A stretch of DNA of 64,000 bases from Saprospiraceae bacterium. GTDB lineage: Bacteria; Bacteroidota; Bacteroidia; Chitinophagales; Saprospiraceae. Every line of letters starts with the position of its first letter. Position 1 is the first letter of the stretch. The notes below the pieces were generated by a model, which did no database searches, had not been told where the DNA came from, and saw only the letters and a list, made by a program, of their open reading frames with translations. Shown here piece after piece: positions 10,481-21,499 of this stretch. A program made the position numbers and the translations under genes. Where the stretch lies: positions 4,542-68,541 of the forward strand of contig JAWKLL010000021.1 of assembly GCA_041392765.1 (NCBI GenBank), in the 5' to 3' direction.

Positions 10481-12108
10481 TTACTCTCCTAAGAAAGGAT
10501 AGCGATAATCGTGTGGCGGAACGAAGTTCTCCTTGATCGTGCGTGGACTGATCCAGCGATAAAGATTCAAAACTGAACCCGCTTTATCATTCGTACCCGA
10601 CCCTCTGGCACCCCCAAAAGGCTGTTGACCAACCACTGCACCTGTTGGCTTGTCATTGATGTAGAAATTACCCGCTGCGTGTTTTAACTTCTCCGTCATT
10701 TGGTTAATGACCGTCCGCTCGCGGGCAAAAATAGCACCCGTCAAAGCGTATTGGGAAGTGCTGTCCACCAAATCCAGCATGGCATCAAAATCTGCATCCT
10801 CATAAACGTAAATGGAAAGCACGGGTCCAAAGATTTCTTCTTCCATCGTTCTATAATGAGGATCTTTGACTAGCAACACGGTAGGCTCAACAAAATACCC
10901 CTTCGTTTTATCGCAATGCCCGCCAGCCAGGACTTCCACCTCAGGGGATTTTTTCGCTTCTGCGATGTAGTTGCTGATTTTATCAAAAGACCGTTCGTCA
11001 ATGACAGCGTTGATAAAGTTAGAAAAATCATCTACTGCTCCCATCTTGAAAGTAGCAATATCGGCTAGTAGTTTCTCTTTGATAGCAGGCCAAAGGCTTT
11101 TCGGAAGGTAAGCGCGAGAAGCAGCGGAGCATTTCTGCCCTTGGTATTCAAAAGCGCCTCGGCTCAAGGCAACCGCTACCTCAATCGGGTTGGAAGAAGG
11201 GTGCGCCACCACAAAATCTTTGCCACCTGTTTCGCCTACGATGCGGGGATAGGTTCGGTATTTTGCAATATTGCGACCAATGGTAGCCCAAAGCGTTTGA
11301 AACACCTTTGTACTGCCTGTGAAGTGAAGTCCTGCAAAATCTTTGTGGGCAAACACAATATCTCCGGCAGCAGGGCCATCGGCATATACTAAATTGATGA
11401 CTCCCGCAGGAAGACCTGCTTCATGGAAAATCTCCATCACCAACCGAGCTGCGAAAATCTGGGTTTCTGCGGGTTTCCACACCACCACATTGCCCATCAT
11501 CGCGGGAGAGGCAGGCAAGTTGCCAGCAATAGCTGTGAAATTAAAAGGTGTAATTGCAAAAATGAACCCTTCGAGTGGTCGGTACTCCATGCGGTTCCAC
11601 GTTAGTGGCGAGCTGTTGGGTTGTTCCGAATATATCTGGGTCATATATTGCACGTTGAACCGCAGGAAATCTGCCAATTCTGCTACCGCATCTATCTCAG
11701 CCTGAGTAAACATTTTTACTTTGCCCCAGCATAGTAGCGGCATTTACGCGAGCGCGATAGTACGCTGATTAAGTCGGCAGCTTTAAGAAAGATTGCCGCC
11801 CGATCTTGCCAAGGCATGGCTTCCCAAGCAGGCTGAGCCGCTAGTGCAGCTGAAATGGCTGCGTTTACGTGATGGGCATTGCCTTTGTGAAAATACCCAA
11901 GCGTATGCGCTATTTCATGGGGAGGATGTACGGCTACCTTCTCACCCGTGGTCACCCATTCTCCGTTGATGTACATCGGTAAATCCCATTCTTGAGATTT
12001 GTAATGAGCAATGGCCGCCTTTAGGGCTTCGCGTTCCGATGAACCGGGTGCATAATTGAGTACGGGTTCATTTTTAGGTTCAGGTACGCGGTAATATGCA
12101 TTTGACAT
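10481..12108 (-). pseudogene. pruA: L-glutamate gamma-semialdehyde (1-pyrroline-5-carboxylate) dehydrogenase with at least 2 frameshifts
   Basis: The N-terminal ORF 11716-12108 (MSNAYYRVPEPKNEPVLNYAPGS...) and the aldehyde dehydrogenase body 10481-11743 (..FTQAEIDA..VVWKP..EYQGQKCSA..) belong to one gene. The connecting peptide YYRARVNAATMLGQSKNV lies in the third frame around 11712-11755. Confidence 0.8.
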
Positions 12109-12180
12109 GATCCTTATTTTATGGTTAGGAAACTAATTTACTACAAAAAACAAGCCTGCTGGTTGTAAGTTGTCACCAAA

Positions 12181-12900
12181 CTACCGAGGCTTTTGCTTCT
12201 TCAATTCCATCATAGAAAGCAGGTAACGTTTAGCTAAAGGGATGATTTCTACTCGACTACTGCTTACGTCATCCGTCCATTTGACTGGCAATTCAAACAA
12301 TCGCTTATGCTGCCATTCAGCTACTGTTAGCAACTCTGTGCTAAAAAACCAGCCGTCATTCGTAGCACCTCCCTCCATCAAATCGGACAAGATTTCTCTG
12401 CGCAAGAATTTAAACCCACACATCCCATCGGAAAACCGAACACCAAGGTATATTTTTAATAAAAAATTAAAAACCCGGGAAGCAACCTCTCGCTTAAAGG
12501 TGCGGTTCAACACTTGTGCCTGTGGATGTAAACGCGTTGCATAGACTAAATCGTAGTTTTCTTGGGCTAAGGCTTGATAAGCCCTGAGAAAATGAGGCAA
12601 ATCCGTTGCTAAATCTAAATCCATGTACCCCACAATATCCGCTTGCGACTGCCCCCAAGAAGTTTTCAGCGCTAGCCCCACCCCTTTGCGTGGTACACTC
12701 ACCCAATGTACTTCTTCAAAATCTTGACTCAGTGATGCAGCAATCGTCCGCGTATTATCAGTAGAACCATTATCTGCAATAACGATTCGCCACTGCCCTG
12801 GTTGAGGAAAGTTATCTTTCAAAAACCGATGCAAAACGCCTACATTATCAGCCAAAGTAAGCGCTTCGTTTAAGACAGGAATGGTTACATCGAAAGTCAT
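12181..12900 (-). CDS. GT2 polyprenyl-phosphate glycosyltransferase (GtrB/CsbB/ALG5-like)
   Basis: The likely start is the ATG at 12900 (MTFDVTIPVLNE..). Motifs include IADNGSTDNT, a DLD motif (YMDLDLATD) and CGFKFLRRE. Size and motifs fit the dolichyl/undecaprenyl-phosphate sugar synthase type. Confidence 0.75.
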   Translation of the reverse strand: MTFDVTIPVLNEALTLADNVGVLHRFLKDNFPQPGQWRIVIADNGSTDNTRTIAASLSQDFEEVHWVSVPRKGVGLALKTSWGQSQADIVGYMDLDLATDLPHFLRAYQALAQENYDLVYATRLHPQAQVLNRTFKREVASRVFNFLLKIYLGVRFSDGMCGFKFLRREILSDLMEGGATNDGWFFSTELLTVAEWQHKRLFELPVKWTDDVSSSRVEIIPLAKRYLLSMMELKKQKPR

Positions 12901-13052
12901 TATCGTAATAATTTGCCAAATTACTGCGCGAAGATAACAGGGATTCAGGTTTTGTGAGGAAGATTTACTTACTTTGTCTTCAATTCGGGGATATTTGTCT
13001 ATTGATAGCAACTTTCCCTATCTTTTAAGCATTCATTTTCGAGCATAGTGTT

Positions 13053-13721
13053 ATGTTAAAAAGTCTAAAATCAATTTTCATTGTTGAGGAGGAAAGCCCC
13101 AAAAAGCCTACTCCACAAAGTGCATCCCCTGCAAAAAGCAGCCCTAAGACAACTGAAAAAGTACAACAACCGGCCACAGCTCCCAAGCCCACTACTGCGT
13201 CAGATGGCAAAGTAACGCCCAAGTTTACCGACATTCTACTAGGGGCAATGGAAAAGGTTAATTTGGATGGTTTTGACTATTTGGAGTACAAAAAATCGCT
13301 CCAATCGCTGCTAAAAATGAATGCTGGGATGGATGAAGCAACGGCTTTCAAGTCGGCCTATGCTATGGCTCAAACAATGGGTGCGTCCCCTACCCTCTTG
13401 GTGAATACTGCCGAGCACTACATGCAAGCCCTCAAAACGGAAGAAGAAAAGTTCCGTTTGGCATTGGCGAACCAGCAAGAAAGCAAGGTCGGCAACAAAC
13501 AAAAGGAAAAACAGCAACTTCAGGCTGGCATCAAAGATAAGCAGGAACGCATTTTGCACCACAAAAGAAATTGAAGCCGACCAGCAAAAACTCAGTAAAT
13601 TGGACGAAGAAATCTCCTCAGCTGTCTCCGTGATAGAAGGCACCAAAAATGACTTCTTCGCCTCTTACCAGCATATCATTGGCAAATCCAAGACGATATT
13701 GCCAAAATGAAGGAGTACTAA
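13053..13721 (+). pseudogene. Hypothetical protein with an N-terminal amphipathic peptide, a P/T/S/A-rich linker and a coiled coil; at least 2 frameshifts
   Basis: ORF 13053-13574 continues in other frames as ..TKEIEADQQKLSKLDEEISSAVSVIEGTKNDFFASYQHIIGQIQDDIAKMKEY*, with the stop at 13719-13721. I recognise no family. Confidence 0.5.
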
Positions 13722-13743
13722 ATAATCGACAACAACACAATCA

Positions 13744-14759
13744 ATGGATACGAATACAAAGACCAAATCTTTTTGGCAACGCCCCGAAGGCATTACAGGG
13801 CTTATTTTTTTGGCCGCTATCGTAGCAGCGGGTGGCTACCTACTCACAGCTATCAACTGGGCTGCCATCATGGCCAACACCCTGTACTTGGCGGGCACCT
13901 AGCTGTATTAGGTGTTGTTACCTACATGGTTCTTGACCCAAAGATGAGGGCGCTAGTAGGCTATGCTTACAAAAGCATTATGCGTTGGGTTACGGGGTTG
14001 TTTGTACAGATTGACCCCATTGGCATCCTCAAGTCCTACGTAGAGGAATTGCAGGAAAACCTCCGCAAAATGAACAAGCAAATCAGCCAGTTACGGGCAC
14101 AAATGCACAAACTCAAGGAGATTATCGTCAACAATGAACGAGAGATCAAAAGTAATCTGGAATTGGCCAGCAAAGCAAAGGCTACCCAGAAAACCAATGT
14201 AATGATCCTCAAATCGCGCAAAGCAGGCCGATTGAGCGAATCCAATGTCAAGTTGGAAGACCTCTACAAGCGGATGGAAGTGCTGTACCGTGTGCTCACC
14301 AAAATGTACGAAAACAGCCAGATTCTTTCCGAAGACATCAAAGACCAAGTGGCGGTCAAAGAGCAAGAGCGCAAGGCTATCCATGCCTCTCACTCAGCTA
14401 TGAAATCAGCGATGAGCATCATCTCCGGCGACCCCGACAAACGTGCCATGTTCGATATGGCTATGGAAGCCGTCACCGAAGATGTCGCCAGCAAAGTAGG
14501 CGAAATGGAACGATTCATGGAAGTATCTGCTAATTTCATGAACTCCATCGACCTTCAGCAGGGCGTTTTTGAGGAAGATGGTCTTAAAATGCTTGAAAAA
14601 TGGGAAAAGGAAAGTACCTCGTTTATATTAGGTGAAGAGAAGTCAACATTGCTATTAGAGGCGGAAGATGACAGCAATGTCCTCGACCTCAACGCCCCTA
14701 TTCCTGAAAAGGTTAGAGATGGTGGCCACAGGAATCAATACGATGCGTTTTTTGATTAG
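13744..14759 (+). pseudogene. Membrane-anchored PspA/IM30-like coiled-coil protein with one frameshift
   Basis: The ATG at 13744 gives MDTNTKTKSFWQRPEGITGLIFLAAIVAAGGYLLTAI.. (TM1). After a frame change near 13895 it continues LAVLGVVTYMVL (TM2), then a long helical region. PIGILKSYVEELQENLRKMNKQISQLRAQ.. resembles the start of PspA helix 1. Confidence 0.5.
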
Positions 14760-14821
14760 AGTATGTTTAAATTTCCCACAAACAATTACTTCTCCTTCTC
14801 AATTAGGCTAACCTAACAGTT

Positions 14822-17295
14822 ATGCGTATCAACACATCGGCCATTGTGCCTCATATCGCAGCCATTGTCATATTCTTGTGGCTGCCGCTTTTTGCTTTTT
14901 CTCCCCAGTTTTCCGGTAAGGTTGTTGGCCAATCGGATATTATCAGCTATCGGGGTATGTCGCAGGAGTTACGTGAGTACAAAGCGCGTACAGGCCAAGA
15001 TGCACTATGGACAAATTCCATGTTCGGCGGTATGCCTTCCTATCAAATCAATACCGTTACGGAAGGAAACTATGTAAAAGTCGGAAAAAGCAGTCCGCTT
15101 ATTCATGAAGCCACCAGCAGGGCAATTCATCGCTGCCATGATCAGCTTTTTATTTGCTGATGGTGCTATTAGGCGTTAACACTTGGTTGAGTGTAATCGG
15201 TGCGTTAGCGTTTGGTTTTGCCACTAATAATCTAGTACTCTACGAAGCAGGGCACCTCACCAAATTGCAAGCTATTTCGTACTTACCATTGGTAGCCAGT
15301 GGCATGCTGTTGGCTTTCCGCAAAATATATACTAGGAGGACTTTTGTTCGGAATCGGTTTAGGTTGGATTTGGGTGCCAACCACATTCAAATGACTTATT
15401 ACTTTTTTCTAACTGTTTTGATTTGGGGTATAGCTGAATTAGTGAAAAACCTACGGGAAGGTAACTTGGTACATTTTGGAAAAAGCCGCTGGCGTGCTGA
15501 TTATCGGTGGTTTATTGGCAGTAGGCAGTGCGGCATCCAACCTTATGGTGACGTAGAATACGCACAAGACACGATGAGAGGAAAGCCCATCTTAGAAAAA
15601 TCAGCCGCAGCAGACGCAGGCTCCAGCAGCGCGGTAGAAGGATTAGCTTGGGATTATGCTATGCAATGGAGCAATAATACGCTTGATCTATTTGCTTCTT
15701 ACATTCCTGGCATGAGTAGAGTGGAGGTTCGTCCCAGCCTACTACAAACGATTCCGCTTTTGGCAAAGCACTCAACAAATTGGGTGCACGCATGCCATCG
15801 GAGTTCGATGCTCCTCTTTACTGGGGCGGGTTGCCTTTCACCAGTGGCCCTATTTATTTCGGTGCTATTATGGTGTTTCTTTTCTTCGTGGGGTTGGTAT
15901 TAGTCAAAGGCCCTGTCAAATGGTGGTTGGGCTTAGGTACATTGCTGACGTTGATGCTATCGATGGGCAAGAATTTAGAAGGTTTCAATCACTTGTTTTT
16001 TGATTATTTCCTCTTTACAACAAATTCAGAACGCCCAATTCCGTGCTCAGCGTTACTTCTTTCTTAGTACCCGCTTTAGCTGTGTTGGCGCTTAATGAGT
16101 TATTGAACAGCAAAATAGATAAGCCCCGCGCCATACGTTCTTTAGCCATTGGTGGTGGTATCTCATTAGCTATTGCATTGTTTTTTGCTTTGCTAGGGCC
16201 TTCTATGTTCACCCTCACCATGATGCAGATGCGGCTACCTCAACCGAATGTTTGGCGGCCAACTGACACCAGACATGCTCAGTGCCGTGCTCAATGGGCT
16301 GGCCGATACTGAGCTGATTTGATGCAGACTGATGCGCTGCGTACCTTCGCTTTAGTTGGGCTGTCGGCTGTTGCTATACTTTTCTTGCAGGGCAAAATAC
16401 AATCAACCGTTATGCTAGCCGTCATTGGTGTACTGACGGTGGTGGACTTGTTTGGTATCGGTATGCGTTATCTTACCAAGGAAGATTTTCAACGCCCGGC
16501 CAGCGTCAATCAAGTATTTGAACCACGCGATGTCGATAAGCAGATACTAGCAGACAAAGATCCCTACTATCGGGTCTTCGACGCTACCATCAATGCTTTC
16601 AACTCTTCCATCCCCTCTTACCACCACAAAATGGTGGGAGGATACCACGCTGCCAAGTTGCAACGCTACCAGGATTTGATAGACTATCATCTTTCTCAAA
16701 GCAACCAGCAGGTATTCAATATGTTGAATACCAAATACTTTATTATTCCAGGACAGGATGGGCAGCCTGTTGTGCAACAAACCCAGGTGCCCAAGGCAAT
16801 GGATGGTTTGTGGATAGTATTGTCATGGTTTCCACACCCAATGCAGAAATTGAAGCGCTGAAAGGCTTGGAATTAAACCACGTAGCCGTAGTTCATCAAG
16901 AATTTGCCGATTATGTAAAAGGGCTAAATATGGATGCATCAGGCTCCATCACCCTGACTGCGTATGCACCCGATAAACTGACCTATAATGTTGAAACGGC
17001 TAAGGATGCACTCGCTGTGTTATCGGAAATATGGTACTACTCCGACAAAGGCTGGCAAGCCTATTTAGATGGACAACCCGTAGCTCATATTCGTGCTAAC
17101 TACGTGTTGCGTGCGTTGAAAATCCCCGCAGGCAAACACCAATTAGAAATGGTTTTCGAGCCGAGAACGTATCAATTGGGCAGCACACTATCCACGGTGT
17201 TTTCACTGTTACTAATCGTTGGGTTGATCGCTCACGTTGCTATGCAAGCCAGAAAAATCAACCCGCCGTGTAATTTTGACAAAAATACCGCCTAG
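14822..17295 (+). pseudogene. YfhO-family GT-C membrane glycosyltransferase (about 820 aa) split into at least 6 frames
   Basis: Consecutive same-strand fragments at 14822-15160, 15154-15903, 15780-16067, 16043-16312, 16319-16861 and 16810-17295. The N-terminus ..ISYRGMSQELREYKARTGQDALWTNSMFGGMPSYQI and many TM segments fit YfhO. The C-terminal TM is TVFSLLLIVGLIAHV. Confidence 0.75.
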
Positions 17296-17298
17296 TAG

Positions 17299-17425
17299 GC
17301 TAACGAAATAAACTGTACAATTTTTCTAAAAATTCGCTAATATTTCCTAAACAATTCACTTACAGTCAATGGTTTAGGAAATAGATTGTAAATCAAAAAT
17401 TGTACAATTTTTTCCCACCCCATAT
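17299..17425. repeat. Palindromic interspersed repeat, family D (copy D2)
   Basis: acgaaataaactgtacaattttt ... aaaaattgtacaattttttccc. It is homologous to 21226-21375 and lies immediately 3' of the YfhO stop. Confidence 0.7.
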
Positions 17426-17545
17426 ACAAACTTGCCATCGAGATCGCACATTTCGCACTCCCAATAGCTTATAGGGATCACTCATATACACATTTTCCAC
17501 ATATACACTTTTTGCACTTTTCGCACCCCCAATAGCTATCGAGAT
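17426..17545. repeat. Tandem array of family C units (about 20-nt palindrome plus about 35-nt linker)
   Basis: Degenerate palindromes are gccatcgagatcgc, ctcccaatagcttatagggatc and cccccaatagctatcgagatc. They are separated by catatacacattttccacatatacac-type linkers. A reverse-oriented relative lies at 58570-58690. Confidence 0.65.
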
Positions 17546-18875
17546 CACACAACAATCCCATCTAAAATAGCAGCGACTCTTTGCGTGAGTTTCTGAATGT
17601 TATAAGCTTCAATTTCACTAGCGACGGGCAGATGTAGTTCACCTGATTCAAGAGAGGCCATCCATGTTTCCAAGGCGGTTTTGATACCTGCTTTATCATC
17701 GTAGGCTACGCATATACCTGCCTTTGTTTCTTGAAGAATTTTGGCTACATCACTCTCCACGGGACCCAAGGCAAGAATGGGACGACGGGCTGCTAAATAT
17801 TCAAATAATTTGCCAGACTACGGCCAGCCGCATTGTCTTGCTGGTTCAACAGGAGTAGTAAAATGGGGCTATTCAATGCTATTTTCAAGGCCTCATCTCT
17901 CGGAATGGAGGCCGTTAACTGGACGTTTTCCGTTAATTGCAAAGATTCATAGGTTTCAACTACCGAAAAATCAACCTGCCCTACAAAATGAAAGCGCAAG
18001 AGGTTGCTTCAATGAGGATGGGTGTGCTTCCAGTCGGCCACCACCTCAACAAAGCTTTCGGCAGGCGGTCATACCCCATAATACCTAAGTGTGTAAGGGA
18101 AAGGTGATCCGCTTGTATAGCCGAAGGTGTAGGGAAGTCATCAGGATCAAATCCCCAAGGAATAACGGATACATGATGAGCACCAATCTGCTCCAACTCA
18201 TTTTTCCATGTGGGGCTTACAATGGAAATCGCGGCAGCTTGACGGAAGGCTTCCTGCTCCATACGACGATGCTTGCGGTCGCCCCAGGGGGTAAGCGACA
18301 GCAGTTGGTAATAATCTACTTGTGTCCAAGGGTCTTGAAAATCGGCCAACCAGGGAATGCCCGTCTTTTGGCTGACGATCGTGGCAATCCGCGTATTGGA
18401 ATGAGGTGCACGTCCGAAAAGATGGCATCTACAGGGTGTTTTTCAAGGTAGTCCAACAGGTATTTCACAGAGGGTTTTATCCAAGCCGCTCGAGCATCGG
18501 GAATGAAAAAATTGCTTCGAATCCAAACCGACAATCGGCAATAAGCCAGGTTGTTCATCTTTGACGTAGAAAACGTTGTTCACATTGGCATCTTTGGCTT
18601 GCCCTGTCAGTTTTTATAAATGGCATAAGGTTCCCAAATAGGTTGCCGGAGAATGGTGATGCCCTCGGGTACGTCCTTACTATTAGATTCATCGATGAAC
18701 GGATAATGGGCATTATCCGCAGTAAACACGATAGGCTCCTAACCGAATTGGCGCAAATATTTTGCTATTTTCAGACACCTTAACACAGTTATTCCCCGGC
18801 AGGTGGCCAATAATACGTAATGATAAGCACCTTTCTTTTGGGAGCGGCAAGGTCGTTATGTTCAGCAATTGGCAT
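17545..18875 (-). pseudogene. GT4 (group 1) glycosyltransferase with multiple frameshifts
   Basis: The reconstructed N-terminus from the ATG at 18875 is MPIAEHNDLAAPKRKVLIITYYWPPAGG.. ..FGWEPIVFTADNAHYP. Fragments lie at 18316-18558, 17981-18349, 17793-17999 and 17545-17769. Confidence 0.65.
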
Positions 18876-19023
18876 ATCCAGCAAATTTTGACCCGATTTA
18901 TTTTTGCAACAGGGCTGTGTAAATAATACCTACGCGCTTGGCGGTTTTGCGAAAGAATCTATAAGCCAGTTTTCAATGTAGTAATCCTTTTTCAAAAGGA
19001 GTTTACACCCATTACGAACCGCA

Positions 19024-19796
19024 TCAAAGCATGGTAAGTCCAAGGCGACCCAAAAAACCAAAAAAGATAAGGGCGTTTAGATGCAGATCCGCTATTACTT
19101 TATCGCGTCCCGCTAAAGAGACGTAAAAAACCAATCCACCGAAAGATATTCTTTTTACCACGTGATATATTACCATTTGGGGTTCATATCCTATGGCATG
19201 GCCGTCTTTGCGAATCAGTTTTTGTAACTCCGTTTCTTCTCCATACCCTGCCTGTTGACCCTTCATTCCTATATCAACATTAAACCCGCCGTAATGCTTC
19301 AGCAAGTGTTTGTTCACACAAAAACACCACCTGTAACATAACAAATGATTAGGCAACTAGTCAACTGGCGATAGTGTAGCACATTGCTTGCATAAGTATC
19401 TTTATACCAGTGAGGTTTGCCATAAAGGTACCAAGGGTAAAAAACGCCTCCGAAAATCTGATAATCCGATTTTTGGATAACATCCAAGGTTTTCTCAACC
19501 AAATCCTCTTTCGCTTTAGCATCATCATCGAGGTAAAGAATCCAGTCTGTGCTCGCCTCGTGCATGGCTCTGTTTCTGGCATAACTCAACCCTTGGTTCG
19601 TTTCCAAAATCACCCTAAAATGGGTAAAGTTCTCCGCAAAAGATTGCGCACAAGCCTGCGTTTGATCTGGCGAGTTGTTATCAATTACCAATAACTCGAA
19701 CACATCGGATGAGACTGTTTGCCGCGTCAAAGCAGCTAACGCGTGCTTTAAAAGTTCAGCCCTGTTGTATGTACATATTGCAATAGTCAACTTCAT
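19024..19796 (-). pseudogene. GT2 glycosyltransferase with a frameshift near 19314-19356
   Basis: MKLTIAICTYNRAELLKHAL..LVIDNNSPDQT..YLDDDA gives GT2 signatures. The C-terminal part is in ORF 19024-19356. Confidence 0.75.
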
Positions 19797-19884
19797 GATA
19801 CCGCCCTCCTCTTTCAATAATAATCGTTTTATGGAATAAGCTCACAATATTCACTATTTTTATAGAAAGCAAAAAACTAAATAT

Positions 19885-21216
19885 TCACTCTTCTTCCCGT
19901 TTGACGGAGGAAGGGAGTTCCTTCGATGTTCTAGCGCCTAATTTTCTCAACTTCTCGGCTCTACCTACGAGTGTTTGGCTATATCGCTTTCCATCGGAGA
20001 GTTTATACATGGCATCTTCATAGGCGGTATGGGCACTGTCGAGGCGCTGCCCGACCAAACGGAGGTCTTCTACAAAAGCTACAAATTTGTCGTATAATCT
20101 GCCACTTTCGCGGGCAATTTCCAGTACGCTGTGTTGTTGTTTTTCTTGTTTCCACAAGTAAGATACCGTTCGCATGGTTGCCAGCAAGGTAGAGTTGGTA
20201 ACTAAGACGATGTTTTGCTCCAAAGCCTCCAAAAATAACCGATTATCGGCTTGGGTAGCCAATGCAAAAGCAGGCTCTATGGGGATAAAGAGCAATAGGT
20301 AGTCTGGTGTATGAATTTGGTAAAGTTGCTGGTACTTCTTTCCTGCCAGCCCTTTGATATGCGCACGAAGGCTTTCTATATGATTTTTGAGCGCAGCTTG
20401 CCGTTCCTTTTCGTCTGAGGCGGAACAAAAACGGTCGTAAGCTGCCAAAGAAACCTTGCTGTCAATAATCAAGTGCTTGTCGCCGGGGAGGTGAATGATT
20501 AAGTCGGGGCGTTTGAGTTGGCCATCTTCATCTCGAAATGTCGCTTGGGTAGTATAATGAACTTCCTTTTGAAGACCCGCTTTTTCCAGCAGCATTTCCA
20601 ATTGTAGCTCCCCCCAGTCTCCTTGGATTTTGTTATCGCCCTTCAGTGCTGATGTCAGATTGCTGGCATCTAAGCTCAATTGCTGATTAAGTTCGCGCAA
20701 TTGTTCAATTTCCTTTTTCAGGCTGACACGGTCGCGGGTTTCTTCCATATAGCGCCGCTCGATATTGTCTTCAAAAGTCTTGATTTTTTCGCGCAAGGGA
20801 GACAGTATTTCCTGTAGTTGTTCCTGATTTTGAAGGGCGAATTTTTTGCCTTTATCTTCCAGCAAGCGATTCGCCATGTTTTCAAAGGCTACTTGGTTTT
20901 GTTGTTGCAATTGCGCTACTTGGTTGATATGCTCTTTGAGCTGTAATTGCAGGTGTTCCAAGCGAGTTTTCTCGGCAGCTAAAGCGGCAGACAAATCCCG
21001 TTCGATATCTGTTTTTTCATGAAGGTTAGCTTGCAATACGTCCGCCTGTTCGCGTAGCGATTCAAAAACAGCTCTTGGCACATATAGCGTGTCAATTTGT
21101 TGCTTCGGCAGGAGCTGCTCCCCTACCCTCATACGCCCCCTCCATAGCCCCAGTACATATCCTAATACCAAGCCAATGAGAAGAAACAACAATCCCGATA
21201 ACAAAGGGTCTATCAT
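19885..21216 (-). CDS. rmuC: DNA recombination protein RmuC
   Basis: Intact 443-aa ORF with an N-terminal TM, a long coiled coil, and the RmuC nuclease-like C-terminal region (..RPDLIIHLPGDKHLIIDSKVSL..). Confidence 0.85.
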   Translation of the reverse strand: MIDPLLSGLLFLLIGLVLGYVLGLWRGRMRVGEQLLPKQQIDTLYVPRAVFESLREQADVLQANLHEKTDIERDLSAALAAEKTRLEHLQLQLKEHINQVAQLQQQNQVAFENMANRLLEDKGKKFALQNQEQLQEILSPLREKIKTFEDNIERRYMEETRDRVSLKKEIEQLRELNQQLSLDASNLTSALKGDNKIQGDWGELQLEMLLEKAGLQKEVHYTTQATFRDEDGQLKRPDLIIHLPGDKHLIIDSKVSLAAYDRFCSASDEKERQAALKNHIESLRAHIKGLAGKKYQQLYQIHTPDYLLLFIPIEPAFALATQADNRLFLEALEQNIVLVTNSTLLATMRTVSYLWKQEKQQHSVLEIARESGRLYDKFVAFVEDLRLVGQRLDSAHTAYEDAMYKLSDGKRYSQTLVGRAEKLRKLGARTSKELPSSVKREEE

Positions 21217-21225
21217 TATGCCTTA

Positions 21226-21400
21226 GTAATTTGACGGAAATAAACTGTTCAATTTTTTTTAGGCGATTCGCAAATATTTTCACATAATTTCTCCCGATAA
21301 CTATCGGGATCAATTATTTAGAAAATTTTTCCGAATCAAAAATTGAACAATTCATTTTTATCCCGTCCCTTAGTAATTTGACGGAAATAAATCCAGCATT
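21226..21400. repeat. Palindromic interspersed repeat, family D (copy D3 plus the start of a second copy), with an embedded family C palindrome
   Basis: ttagtaatttgacggaaataaactgttcaattttt ... aaaaattgaacaattcatttttatcccgtccctta, followed again by gtaatttgacggaaataa. The centre carries tctcccgataactatcgggatc. Confidence 0.75.
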
Positions 21401-21499
21401 TTAGTGGAAGTAAAAAATAGTTATCGGACAACTCGCAGTTGCCCGACAGCTACGGGCGACAAGATATAAATTGTTTTTAATTTTTTATATAAAAACATT

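Noticed and set aside
12901-13011. 37-codon N-terminal extension of the GT2 ORF (MLSIDKYPRIEDKV...).
   Set aside because: GT2 enzymes of this type begin directly with the ..(I/V)P.(L/Y)NE.. strand. The internal ATG at 12900 gives MTFDVTIPVLNE, and the extension has no family similarity.
17426-17545. CRISPR-like alternation of a 20-nt palindromic repeat with linkers of about 35 nt. The same pattern occurs at 58570-58690.
   Set aside because: There are only 2-3 degenerate repeat units. The 'spacers' resemble each other and recur at the second locus, so they are part of the repeat unit. The repeat also occurs singly inside other elements (21289-21310, 35389-35408). No cas genes are present in the window.
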